IMG/VR virus record: IMGVR_UViG_647533110_000001
Source: a virus
Taxonomy: Duplodnaviria; Heunggongvirae; Uroviricota; Caudoviricetes
Reading direction: 5' to 3' (one strand)
Length of the DNA: 64,000 bases
Shown: positions 38,875-48,900 of the stretch, one piece after another
How positions within the stretch are numbered: position 1 is the stretch's first letter
Layout: every line of letters starts with the position of its first letter
Program-made: the position numbers and the translations under genes
The notes under the pieces: model-generated
Told to the model about the DNA's origin: nothing
Databases searched by the model: none
Seen by the model: only the letters and a program-made list of their open reading frames with translations

Positions 38875-39666
38875 ATGAAAACGAAGATTAAGTTTATGTT
38901 GGTTGCTCTTATGGCAACAGTGATTTTTTCATCTTGTGAGCGTGTTGCTCCTAACTATGCCGGTGTCCTTATGGAGAATTATGGTAAGGAAGGTAAAGAA
39001 GATTTTAAGATTGTATCCGGAAAAGTTTCCACATGGGAATGGGGAACAGAGTTGTTTCAGGTGCCATTGTTTGAACAGCGTGGAGGATTTCAGAAATCAG
39101 TTACCCTAAAAGCTGCTGACAATACAGAGTTCAATGCTACTCCGTTATACTCATATAGAGTTATCAAAGACAAGGCAATTGACGTTGTTTTTGATAATAA
39201 ACATATCGGAAACGGAGATGGATTTATGAGATCTTTGGAAGACAATATTCTGGAACCACGTATTTACGACCTTATTAAAGAAGAAAGCCGGAAATATAAA
39301 ACAGATACACTTATGGCTGATGGGGGTTCTTTAGCTTTTGAGAAGAAGCTGGAGGATATTGTTAGGGCGGAATTTAAAGATAGAGGATTGGACCTGAAGT
39401 CATTTTCAGCCCAATTAGAATTTAGTGATCGAGTCCGGGAAAAGATTGATAATAGAAACGAGGTTAACACTAATATTTCCGTTATTGATCAGAAAATCGA
39501 AGAGCAGAAAAAGCAAAACGAACTGGAAAGATTAAAAACCGAACAGGCTCTTATCACATCGAAAGGGTTAACTAAAGAAATTCTATATAAACAGTTTATT
39601 GATAAATGGGACGGAAAAACACCGCTGTATGGGGTAATTCCAGAATTTCTGAAGATGACGAATTAA
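38875..39666 (+). CDS. lipoprotein, possibly SPFH/band-7-like
   Basis: signal peptide plus lipobox (FSSC); C-terminal coiled coil; SPFH assignment tentative. Confidence 0.55.
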   Translation: MKTKIKFMLVALMATVIFSSCERVAPNYAGVLMENYGKEGKEDFKIVSGKVSTWEWGTELFQVPLFEQRGGFQKSVTLKAADNTEFNATPLYSYRVIKDKAIDVVFDNKHIGNGDGFMRSLEDNILEPRIYDLIKEESRKYKTDTLMADGGSLAFEKKLEDIVRAEFKDRGLDLKSFSAQLEFSDRVREKIDNRNEVNTNISVIDQKIEEQKKQNELERLKTEQALITSKGLTKEILYKQFIDKWDGKTPLYGVIPEFLKMTN

Positions 39667-40006
39667 AACTCATAAATAAATTGGAAAGAGGAGGGGTGCG
39701 ATCCATGTAGTTTCCAACTTTGGTTTCGCTGGGATGGCTGCATGGGTTGTTAAGAAGCATCTTGGAAAAATGTTTTGCACCCCTTTATTCCTCTGGATGG
39801 AAATTATGTAAAATGCTTGAATGCCTGTGAACCGATCGTATTTCACATTCCAAATGGCAAGAAAGCTCAATTGTTGTTTTTACGTCCTACGGACGGCTTA
39901 TCGTCTTTTGATTTCCTGTATAAGAGTTTGTATCTCTCGTACAAGGAGGACAAGCAACAGCAAATAAATTTCCATTGCGGCTGCAAAGTTAAGGATTTTG
40001 CAGTGA

Positions 40007-40076
40007 TGGGCAATAGTTTAATTGGTAGAACGTCCGTTTTTAACGGAAAGTCCGGGTTCAAGTCTCGGTTGTCCAA
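40007..40076 (+). tRNA. tRNA-like element, possibly Lys(TTT), weak anticodon stem
   Basis: acceptor TGGGCAA/TTGTCCA (one G-U), D arm GTTT..GAAC, loop TTTTTAA, T arm CCGGG-TTCAAGT-CTCGG; lies at the 3' end of a ~400-nt structured segment. Confidence 0.3.
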
Positions 40077-40444
40077 CGAATTATAAATAGCCTGTAATAT
40101 ATTAAAAAGAGAAACTTTAATTATTTTTTAACTTATAATATACATTATGAAAATTGTTTTTAACAAATCATCTTTTGAGTTTGACGGTTTAAATGTTGTA
40201 TTGAGCGTTATACTATTATATGCGGCGTTCAATAACGAGTTGTCTTTTAATCCCTTCTATTTGGATTCTGTATGGCTAAAAGGTATATGGATAGCTTTTT
40301 TGATTATTCTATTTATTTTATTGATACTAAGAGGTATTCTCTTAGTCATTCAACTGAAAAGGATATTCAAAGAAAAGAAAGTAAATAAAGACAATTAATG
40401 TGTTAACGCTTTCTATTAAATGCCGGTGAAAAATCCGGCTGTTT

Positions 40445-40516
40445 GCTCGGTTCGTTTATCGGAAAGGACATCTGCCTTTCGAGCAGAAAAGAATGGTTCG
40501 ACTCCATTACCGAGTA
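40445..40516 (+). tRNA. tRNA-like, Glu(TTC)-type, non-canonical D arm
   Basis: acceptor GCTCGGT/ACCGAGT, anticodon arm TCTGC-CTTTCGA-GCAGA, T arm AATGG-TTCGACT-CCATT; 72 nt. Confidence 0.4.
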
Positions 40517-40729
40517 CAACAAGCCCGAAGTACAAGGGAACGAACATGCAGGTTATGTTGAGACAAGTCAATATACAAGTAAACTAAGCCCTGTCCGGAA
40601 TCGTTGGTCCGGGAGTGTGATACCGAGCTATTGGTAGAATCGGTATGTTAGATGTCTTTATGGGAGTGTTCGATTCCTCCACCATCGCCGAAAGGGGATG
40701 GGTCGGTTAGGGAGATAAAGACATCATTT

Positions 40730-40801
40730 GCTCTTATAGCTTAGTGGTAGAGCAGATGACTGTTAATCATCAGGTCGGTGGTTCAAATCCATCTAAGAGC
40801 G
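40730..40801 (+). tRNA. tRNA-Asn(GTT)
   Basis: acceptor GCTCTTA/TAAGAGC, D arm GCTTAGTGGTAGAGC, anticodon loop CTGTTAA, T arm GGTGG-TTCAAAT-CCATC. Confidence 0.8.
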
Positions 40802-40884
40802 CATTTAAGGTTAAAAAGATTGTTATTGGATTAGCTTATTTTTCTTTCCGCGAAGCTGTGAAGTTGTGAAACTTCCAGCTATCT

Positions 40885-40955
40885 GGTTCATTAGCCAAGT
40901 GGTAAGGCAATGGTCTACAAAACCATGATCGCAGGTTCGATTCCTGCATGGGCCT
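40885..40955 (+). tRNA. tRNA-like, anticodon loop CTACAAA (ACA), isotype uncertain
   Basis: acceptor GGTTCAT/ATGGGCC with two G-U pairs, D arm GCCAAGTGGTAAGGC, T arm GCAGG-TTCGATT-CCTGC. Confidence 0.45.
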
Positions 40956-41314
40956 CATAAAAATGGGGAGTTGAAATTACTCCCCAAAGATGACAACCAT
41001 AGGGCTAATATGGTTGTGAAATCAAAATGACAGCGGCTATTCGCAAAGTTGAATCAAAAGAGATATGACAGCTATAATTGTCTGAAGGACAACACAGATT
41101 GCAACTATATTGTCTCTTCGCTCTTGGCTAAAATGATTCGATTTACCCGTAGGTTTAGTTATATTGCTTGCAAAGGTAAGTGAAATTTGCGATAAACTGT
41201 CTTTTGACCGAAAAACTGTTAAGGGTTAAGTGGAAACCGGCCCCTGTGCAATTACTGGAAACTTCAGTACAAACACTCATCCGGTCATGGTGGTTACAGT
41301 TGCTCCACCATTAT

Positions 41315-41387
41315 AGTACATTAGTTCAGTGGTTAGAACGCTACATTGTCACTGTAGAGATCACGAGTTCGATTCTCGTATGCACTG
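41315..41387 (+). tRNA. tRNA-Asp(GTC)-like with one acceptor-stem mismatch
   Basis: D arm GTTCAGTGGTTAGAAC, anticodon arm CTACA-TTGTCAC-TGTAG, T arm ACGAG-TTCGATT-CTCGT. Confidence 0.5.
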
Positions 41388-42112
41388 CAAAAATACAACC
41401 ATGCAGCCAACTACTGCATGGAGAAAGATAAAAATAAATCAATTGTTAAATCTACGGACAATCCATTTGCCTATAAGGTAGATTGCAGTACAAACCGCGA
41501 AACTGGCAGTAATTGACACTGCTAATGTCAAGTCCAGATTGATGTCGTAGTTAACATTAACATTTACATTGGTCGTAAAGTTTGCGTTAATGTTTGTATT
41601 ACAGCTATTTATAGCAAACATTTGAAGGAAAGCCGTTATCAACGGATTCATTTCAATCTGTTTTAACCGCAAAGATACGGCTTTTCTTCTTATTGTCCGT
41701 CTAAAAGCATTATTATGAGTAGTCAAACAAAAACATCCGGTAATGGAATCGGATTCTTAGGATTGCTGGCAATTGTGTTTATCACATTAAAGTTGTGCAA
41801 TGTAATCAATTGGTCATGGTAGTGGGTGACTATGCCTCTCTGGGCATTTCCAGTCGCATGTTTGTGGGGATCGATTATTGCAGTGATTGTATGTTTTTTA
41901 CTTTCATGTTTAATCGTATTATGAAGCGGAAATAATCACATATTCATAATGTACGCTGCACTTATTACAGATATTTTACTAATTGTTTCAAGGTAGTATT
42001 GGATAAGTTTGGGAAATGGATAAAACGGAACGACAATAAAAAATATAATGTAGATAATATAACCAAATAAATAAGTATATTTGCGTAGTGTTATGTAATT
42101 TATATAAATGAT

Positions 42113-42979
42113 ATGAGCCTAAGTTATACATTAGATAATAGTAGAAGAGAATATTGGATAGAACAGATAAATTCTATTCGTACTCAAATATTAAGATTCT
42201 CACTTGACCGTATTGTAGAATTAAATTTCTGTAATATAAAAAAGGAGGAATTTACTCCAGTACATATTGTTTTACTAGCATGTCTATGCGAACATTTGTA
42301 TCGGTTAAAATTTAATATAAGAGTTAACGCTAGTGCTGAAATAGTAGATTTTTTGAAAGAAGAGCTTAAATTTCATTTGTATTTTGATAACTCTAGCAAT
42401 GAACATATTGAGTCTGAAAATAGTTCTATATTAAATTTGTGGAAAGTCGTAAAAAATAGAGCTCAGGGATATAGCATAAGTGTTACAACCTTTTTCCGCA
42501 GAACATGTTTTGATGGGTATGATTTAACAGGACTTCAGACTTCATTGGATGAAATATATAACAATATTGCAGATCATTCAGAATCTAACGGGAATGCATT
42601 CTCTTATATTAGTTATGAGGAGGAAAAGCACATGATTCATGTTGCTGCTTGTGACTTTGGGGTAGGTATTCCGTTTACATTAAAAAGAGCTGGATATAAT
42701 TATGAGAATGATGCGGAAGCTATAAGACAATCTTTGGAAGTAGGTGTCTCTGCAAAATCTCAGACGCACAACAAAGGTTTTGGATTGGATAATGTCACAT
42801 CTAATCTTTCTGAGGGTGGTATGTTAAGAATGGTGAGTAATAGTGGCGTTGTATTTTGTACAAATGCTAAGAATAATGTGAAACAGTATCTAATAGATTA
42901 TAATTTTCAGGGGACTTTGGTCTTTTTTGATATATGTATAGATACATTTGAAGAGATGTTGGACGATATAATGATTTAA
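42113..42979 (+). CDS. GHKL/histidine-kinase-like ATPase domain protein
   Basis: C-terminal HATPase_c boxes: N..ADHS, DFGVGIP (G1), GFGLDN (G2); N-terminal 150 aa unknown. Confidence 0.6.
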   Translation: MSLSYTLDNSRREYWIEQINSIRTQILRFSLDRIVELNFCNIKKEEFTPVHIVLLACLCEHLYRLKFNIRVNASAEIVDFLKEELKFHLYFDNSSNEHIESENSSILNLWKVVKNRAQGYSISVTTFFRRTCFDGYDLTGLQTSLDEIYNNIADHSESNGNAFSYISYEEEKHMIHVAACDFGVGIPFTLKRAGYNYENDAEAIRQSLEVGVSAKSQTHNKGFGLDNVTSNLSEGGMLRMVSNSGVVFCTNAKNNVKQYLIDYNFQGTLVFFDICIDTFEEMLDDIMI

Positions 42980-42980
42980 T

Positions 42981-43283
42981 ATGGAAAATGTAGTATTATT
43001 AAAAGACATTCTGAAGGATAATCAATATCCAGAAGCAGGAGTGTTATTATTTAAAATAGCAAAAGAGGCTATAGATAATGGAGAAACCCTTATTTTAAAT
43101 ATGAGCGAGATCGAATCTGTTCCAACTGTATTTATGAATACATCCTTTGGAGAACTTATTGCATTGTATGGAATTGAAAAGACAAAGAAAGTTTTTCTTT
43201 TTAAAAGCATAACTAAAGCACAACTTCAAAGAATACGGAAGTATTTTGCAGATTATGAAAATATTGTTATGAAAAAAGATTGA
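42981..43283 (+). CDS. STAS-like DUF4325 protein, partner of the GHKL ATPase
   Basis: 100 aa, starts 2 bp after upstream stop; DUF4325 assignment from recalled family resemblance. Confidence 0.5.
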   Translation: MENVVLLKDILKDNQYPEAGVLLFKIAKEAIDNGETLILNMSEIESVPTVFMNTSFGELIALYGIEKTKKVFLFKSITKAQLQRIRKYFADYENIVMKKD

Positions 43284-43394
43284 ATATTTTTTGATAAATA
43301 GTATACGGAAGAGAGGTTGTTTTATTACCTCTCTTTTTTATTTGCCAGATACATTTTAGTTCTATCAAAAGCTAATTTATTTCAATAAAAAGAT

Positions 43395-43886
43395 ATGAAG
43401 AAGGATGATGATAGGCATTGTAGCGAGTGTAAACATTATGAAATATGTACGAATTTCTATATGTATTGTAAAGTCTTAAAAAGACGAATTACAGCCAGAA
43501 AGAAACCTTGTAAACATTACGAATCATTTATAAGAAAACAGAAAATGAAAAAATCACTGGATGAGATAGAAGCGGGAGATGAAGTGTATTATACTTCTCG
43601 TTATTATTCAAAAATACTCAAAGTAGACCGTGTTACTTCAACTACTATCGTTTGTGGAAGCGAAAAGTTTAGAAAGCAAAATGGTCGCCAGATACCGGCA
43701 GATACATGGGGTAGTAGTTACATTTCAGTACTTACTGAAAGTCTGAAAAATCAATATTATGAAATGATAAGAAAGAAACAACTTATAACCAAGATAAAGT
43801 CAGTAGACCTTTTTCAGTTATCTGTTGACTCCCTCCAACAAATATCAGATGTTATTCAAAATAGTATGACCGATGAAAATACTTAA
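43395..43886 (+). CDS. hypothetical protein with N-terminal Cys cluster
   Basis: CSECKHYEIC...CKHY. Confidence 0.45.
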   Translation: MKKDDDRHCSECKHYEICTNFYMYCKVLKRRITARKKPCKHYESFIRKQKMKKSLDEIEAGDEVYYTSRYYSKILKVDRVTSTTIVCGSEKFRKQNGRQIPADTWGSSYISVLTESLKNQYYEMIRKKQLITKIKSVDLFQLSVDSLQQISDVIQNSMTDENT

Positions 43887-44210
43887 AAGAGTGAAAAAAA
43901 TGGTATAATAACATGTTGCAATTTAATAGAGATACATATTCTGAAGCCAACTCTCCCATTAAAAATCGCATAGAGCGAAGAAGATTGGCAAAAGGACGAA
44001 AATAAAATCTCTAATAGTTATACATAGTCTAAAAACTTTTGTATCTTTGAAACATAAAACAAGTGAGTCTATCCTACATTTATTAACCTATGGTTGGTAA
44101 TGTAGATGAATTGAAATATTGGGATGTGATACTAAAATGATACCAAATGTGTAATTATCTGACTATCAACATCAATTTTACCCCCTGAGGGTGTATATGC
44201 TGTATTTGAG

Positions 44211-44723
44211 GTGAAGCCTGATATTGGAGGAACATCCGCCGGTAAGCACAATATTGTATATGCTGGAGAAAAAGTCGCAAGTGTTAGACGACTTATGAGA
44301 ACTAGTACTCATATGATTAATTCAGGTCAAAAGTATGCCCCTCGACCGTTAACTAAAATTATCGGAGGTATTCTCGGCACCAATTGTTCACAAAAAGAAG
44401 ATACCGTCGAAAAGCATATTAAAGAACTTTCTGGATTTTATACATTAGAAATGGGGTGTACCATTGAAAACGGTAGTTTCTTTGTTGACTATAACAACAA
44501 AGAGGGAGAAACTGAAATTAAGACTGCGAATTTCGAGGATTTTCAAAAATACTACAATAACAGAGAATTTAATTCTATCAAATTCAGCAATCCAAATCAT
44601 TCCCTGATTATGTTTCTGATGCAGCTTACAAGTTATTTGCAACAATCAATAGGTACAGTGCCAGCAATCGATATGCAGAAATATTTGGACAACATTAACG
44701 AAACTATCGATGATGAAATTTAA
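44211..44723 (+). CDS. hypothetical protein
   Basis: 170-aa ORF; true start may be downstream. Confidence 0.4.
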   Translation: MKPDIGGTSAGKHNIVYAGEKVASVRRLMRTSTHMINSGQKYAPRPLTKIIGGILGTNCSQKEDTVEKHIKELSGFYTLEMGCTIENGSFFVDYNNKEGETEIKTANFEDFQKYYNNREFNSIKFSNPNHSLIMFLMQLTSYLQQSIGTVPAIDMQKYLDNINETIDDEI

Positions 44724-45017
44724 TCAGAGAAGTTCTCAGTTTATCAGCATTAGAATTTCAAGGTAGTGTAAACTGAACTGTGTCAAGTCTTGTTTACACT
44801 ACCAAAATCCCAACAGCTATGGAAATGACCTATGTCCACCCAAGGACACCAGGCATTAAGCATTGCTCTTTATGGAGATAGCAGGCCTCTGAAACGGCCT
44901 GTTATTTTTATTCTGGGTATCAATGCGCTCGTTCGTTTTCTTTACTAGGGCACTGAAGTAATTTTTGCCACAAAATTGAATATTTTTTGTGGCATTATAC
45001 ATCATTGTGGTATTCAT

Positions 45018-45623
45018 TCAATCTTCATCATCCTCGTATGAACAAGTCCAATCTTTCGTCTGAAACTCTTTCCCAAAGGCCTCCAAATCCGCACTAAGTC
45101 TCTCTTGCAGACCCTCTTCTCCGTCATCACCACTCATCATCCGATCTACGCGAGTTGCATATATTTCTGCTATACGCATTTGCCGATAGGCTTCCTTCAT
45201 AACATTTATCGTCTCGTCAGACAGATTCAAGACATCAGCGTCATACGGATAGCGGTCATAATAACAATGATGGATTGAGTATAATACCGGAATCTGTTCG
45301 CCGTCAGAAGTGTCAGACATATATCGCGTTGTTGATTGGAATATCACCCCATCACCAAAGAATTGTCGGTCTACATATTTTTGTTCTGCCTTAACGATAG
45401 TTGTATCTCTTAGAAGAAAAGATTCCGCATCTTTATAACTGGCAAAACTCATGTAGTCCTTATAGCTATGGTATGAGCCAAAGCTATCTTTCTCGTAAAT
45501 AGTCCAATAGTTTTCATAAACCTTTTCTGGCTTTGGCTGTAAGGCTCTTGCTATATCACGCTCAATAGTATCCGCTATCTCGCGCATTGCATATGTGCTC
45601 CTATCAAAATATCCGCCACTCAT
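45018..45623 (-). CDS. hypothetical protein, co-operonic with AAA+ ATPase
   Basis: 201 aa, 20 bp downstream of the ATPase stop. Confidence 0.5.
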   Translation of the reverse strand: MSGGYFDRSTYAMREIADTIERDIARALQPKPEKVYENYWTIYEKDSFGSYHSYKDYMSFASYKDAESFLLRDTTIVKAEQKYVDRQFFGDGVIFQSTTRYMSDTSDGEQIPVLYSIHHCYYDRYPYDADVLNLSDETINVMKEAYRQMRIAEIYATRVDRMMSGDDGEEGLQERLSADLEAFGKEFQTKDWTCSYEDDED

Positions 45624-45643
45624 AGTTCTTTAATTTAATCAAT

Positions 45644-47026
45644 TCATTTCATCAACTCAACAACATCTTCCGGCAACATCGCATTCCCTGCATCATCTTT
45701 CGGAGCATTCTTAAGGAGCAACATCGGAACAATGGTATAGTTCTTGGCAAACGGCAATAAATTAGCCTTGCGAAGAAGTTCAGTTGTTAACTGTTTACCA
45801 TTCTCTTGATTTGTCCATTTACATTCTCCAACCAGCAGATATTTTTTATCAAGAGATTCAGCCATTACATCAAATTCCACTTGTTCAGGCTTCTTATCCT
45901 CATTGAGAACAGAACCCCACCAGCGTTTTGCCTTACCGTAAACAATTCCATTGACCATATTTCCCGTTACAGCATCCCTGCATAGTTTTTCCCAATGCAT
46001 ACTCACATACTCCGAGAAATGGGCTGCCAATGCCTGTTCTAATGGTAAACGACGACCAAGCTCGATGAACGAACGGTTAGGCACGACAAACTGATAGTAG
46101 AATGCCATAAAAGGGTCTGCAATCTTATATAGGCTCTTTTTTGCATTCTTTTCGTCAATTCCGAACGGAACATCTTTCTCTAAAAATCCGAGGTCAATAA
46201 GTTTCTTCAATGGACGTGACAGATTAGTTGCAGGCTCATTACATCTGGCAGCAATCTCAGAAAGACGATTTGCACCGGATCCGATATAGGACATGATTGT
46301 AGAAGTCTTGACAATGTCCTTCACATCATCTTGAAACAGTTTTATCGGCTCCTCGTAAAGAGTGCCATTTACAGAAAGGATATTGTGCCACAACGCATCG
46401 GAAAGTGAACTTCTGTTTTCTCGCAGTTCCCAGTAACGAGGCACACCGCCCCATACAGCATACTCTTCAACGGCACCCACAGCGTCAAGGTTCAAAGCCT
46501 CCTGAATATACGGCAAGCGTATAGGCATAAGTCTCATAATCTCATCAGCACGGCCATAGAGAGGTGCCGTAGAATCAAGAAACAGTCCATACATCATATT
46601 TTGCGATGAACCACAAAGTACAAGATTATACTTCAACTGCTTTTCATCAACAAATTTCTGCAACACTGACGGCAGTTCCGGGGATTGTTCCACCAGATAC
46701 GGAAATTCATCCAGGCATAGCGTGAAACGCTTGTCTGTGCGATAATTGACCGCACGAAACAGAGACTCCCAATCCGGATAAGTCAACTTGTCAAAATCAG
46801 GAAATACTTGTGCTACTACCTTTGCAAGTAAAGTCCTTTGGTGCTGTCCTTCCGAACGGTCAGCAAGGAAATATACATCACTGTCCGACAACACCCTTTT
46901 GATAAGTGTTGACTTACCCAATCGCCTGCGACCGTACACTACGACCAACGAGGACTTCTCTCTTGAAAGAGCATCCCTCAGTCGTGCTGTTTCTTCTATT
47001 CTATCAACGAAGTTCATATTCAACAT
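45644..47026 (-). CDS. AAA+ ATPase (Arch_ATPase/DUF234-type ATP-binding protein)
   Basis: Walker A GRRRLGKSTL; Walker B LCLDEFPYL. Confidence 0.7.
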   Translation of the reverse strand: MLNMNFVDRIEETARLRDALSREKSSLVVVYGRRRLGKSTLIKRVLSDSDVYFLADRSEGQHQRTLLAKVVAQVFPDFDKLTYPDWESLFRAVNYRTDKRFTLCLDEFPYLVEQSPELPSVLQKFVDEKQLKYNLVLCGSSQNMMYGLFLDSTAPLYGRADEIMRLMPIRLPYIQEALNLDAVGAVEEYAVWGGVPRYWELRENRSSLSDALWHNILSVNGTLYEEPIKLFQDDVKDIVKTSTIMSYIGSGANRLSEIAARCNEPATNLSRPLKKLIDLGFLEKDVPFGIDEKNAKKSLYKIADPFMAFYYQFVVPNRSFIELGRRLPLEQALAAHFSEYVSMHWEKLCRDAVTGNMVNGIVYGKAKRWWGSVLNEDKKPEQVEFDVMAESLDKKYLLVGECKWTNQENGKQLTTELLRKANLLPFAKNYTIVPMLLLKNAPKDDAGNAMLPEDVVELMK

Positions 47027-47109
47027 TAATTATGTATTGCAAACATAATGATTATGCAGCATAATACAAAATTTCAAGCCAAGTGTTTTTCTATATGGCA
47101 AAAGAATTT

Positions 47110-48900
47110 AATGTAAGGTAAGCGTCTCCAGGATGCCGTATCAGCATAAGAAAAGCAGGGTCACTGGCCCTGCTTGTTCTTTTTCCAGCGGTCTGGAAGT
47201 ATATCTCTGTACGCTTCCAGTGTGGCGGACCTCTGCAAGACATCCGCTCTGTTAAGTATGTCTGTGAGGTACTCGAAGAAGTTTATCTTGTGCAGCCTGC
47301 ATGAACATGCGAGAGAGTAGAAGATGCAGCCACGCTCTGCTCCGGCATGGCTGCCGAAGAAAAGGGAATTCTTTCTGGACAAGGATATGTACCTGTTGAT
47401 TCTCTCAATGAGATTATTGTCCCACGAGTAGTCTCCACCAGTAGTTATAGCTTCGATACCATCCCATTCGTTGAGCATGTATTTGGCGGCCTTGAACATC
47501 TGCGACTTTGGAGGATATTTCCGAGGTTGAGACTTGATCTTGAGAAGCATCTCCTTCATCTGCCTGAGTATATGAGACGCATACTCCTGTCGCCACCTCA
47601 GATTATCTTTGACCGTCCAGCCGTCTTCTCCGATCTTATGCTTATGTTCATTCTGATAGAGCTGATTGGCTAGAGTCAGTATCTTGTCTGCATCAGCATT
47701 GCCTTTCATGTCCAGGAACTCTCTCTTGCAATGCTGAAGACAGGCTAGTCTTAATATCTTTCCTCCGGACTGTGCTGCGACTTTCTTGTAAGCTCCCAGG
47801 CCATCTGACTGTATCGCTCCGCTATATCCCTTGAGCTCTTTCAGTATTACCTCTTCGCTTCTTGAACCATCATCATAGAAGAAGTATGCCAGGCCGAGAT
47901 GTGCTGCTACAATCACCCAGACATAACCCTTGCGGCTTCCCTTGCCGTCATTCAGTTCCTTCTTTACGAGAACTCTGTGGTAGGTCTCATCGCAGCAGAG
48001 ATAGTTATCTTCTTTGACTGCCTTCTGCATCGCCTTGTATAAGTTTTCGAACAGAAGTGCTGTCTTCTTCAGCAGCCCGTGAGCGGTCTGTTTGTCGATA
48101 TTGAAGCCGTTCTCGTTAAAGTACGCCACGATACGTTCCACCGGCATTGAGTACAGATAACGGAGCTGGGCTATGCCTGAGATGAACGACCCGTCGAAGC
48201 TGGAGTTCTGAAGAGGTGCAAGAGGAGCCTTTGCGCTTACAAGCTTATCTCCATCCTTTACTGTGTGGATATAATACAAGTGTTTGATGAACCTTGGAGG
48301 TATCATCTCATAGCGGACAGTCTCTCTTGTACTGAGCGGCTTCCGTCCTTCCATGCCGTCAGGATACACGTCATGCTTGACTGTCTCCATCTCGAAATGC
48401 ATATTACGCTTTGCACCATTGTTACCGCGGGACTTGCGCTCAACTTCCTTCTGAGCAATCTCTTCTTCTGTCTTAGGAGTTACTGGAGTAGATGCTTGTT
48501 TCTCTGACTTCTTCTCAAGAAGCTTTGACATGCCACGAACTTGATTGTTGGCCTTGTCGAGACTCTTGTCGCGTTCTTTCAGGAGAGACTCCAGATTCGC
48601 TATAGTCTCGCGAAGCTCTGAGATGGTCACGACCATGGCATTCATGCTGGCAGACATGTTGTCAATAGTGAGTCTCAGCTGATCGTTTGTCGCATTCGAC
48701 GCCTTCAGCCGAGACTCCAAAAGTTTGATTATCATGTCCTTTCCCATACATCTAAGGTACGAAGAAAAACGAGATATGTAATAGTTTTTAAGATTTATTT
48801 TATTGGTAATATTCTTAACCATCTTAAAAATATACACTTAAATATTTTATAATCAATATATTATAAGAAAGGTAATTTTAATGGAGAAACAAATAAGGAA
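47110..48900 (-). mobile_element. IS66-family insertion sequence, single ORF; boundaries approximate
   Basis: terminal GTAAGCG motif at ~47116 as in IS66 inverted repeats; opposite inverted repeat not found; no tnpA/tnpB ORFs. Confidence 0.45.
47161..48747 (-). CDS. IS66-family transposase
   Basis: N-terminal coiled coil; DETYHRV, GYVWV, DGLGAY and CLQHCKREF (zinc/H..RRxF) motifs; C-terminal DNNLIERINRYISLSRKNSLFFGSHAGA..YSL; start chosen at MGKDMII. Confidence 0.8.
   Translation of the reverse strand: MGKDMIIKLLESRLKASNATNDQLRLTIDNMSASMNAMVVTISELRETIANLESLLKERDKSLDKANNQVRGMSKLLEKKSEKQASTPVTPKTEEEIAQKEVERKSRGNNGAKRNMHFEMETVKHDVYPDGMEGRKPLSTRETVRYEMIPPRFIKHLYYIHTVKDGDKLVSAKAPLAPLQNSSFDGSFISGIAQLRYLYSMPVERIVAYFNENGFNIDKQTAHGLLKKTALLFENLYKAMQKAVKEDNYLCCDETYHRVLVKKELNDGKGSRKGYVWVIVAAHLGLAYFFYDDGSRSEEVILKELKGYSGAIQSDGLGAYKKVAAQSGGKILRLACLQHCKREFLDMKGNADADKILTLANQLYQNEHKHKIGEDGWTVKDNLRWRQEYASHILRQMKEMLLKIKSQPRKYPPKSQMFKAAKYMLNEWDGIEAITTGGDYSWDNNLIERINRYISLSRKNSLFFGSHAGAERGCIFYSLACSCRLHKINFFEYLTDILNRADVLQRSATLEAYRDILPDRWKKNKQGQ

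Noticed and set aside
39775-40086. 103-aa + ORF and 69-aa - ORF
   Set aside because: They overlap the tRNA-like structure and the structured RNA-like segment; there is no coding signal.
39690-40720. tmRNA (ssrA)
   Set aside because: No ...YALAA-type tag reading frame was found. The ends do not pair as a tmRNA tRNA-like domain.
41180-41431. 83-aa + ORF
   Set aside because: It overlaps the tRNA-Asp-like gene.
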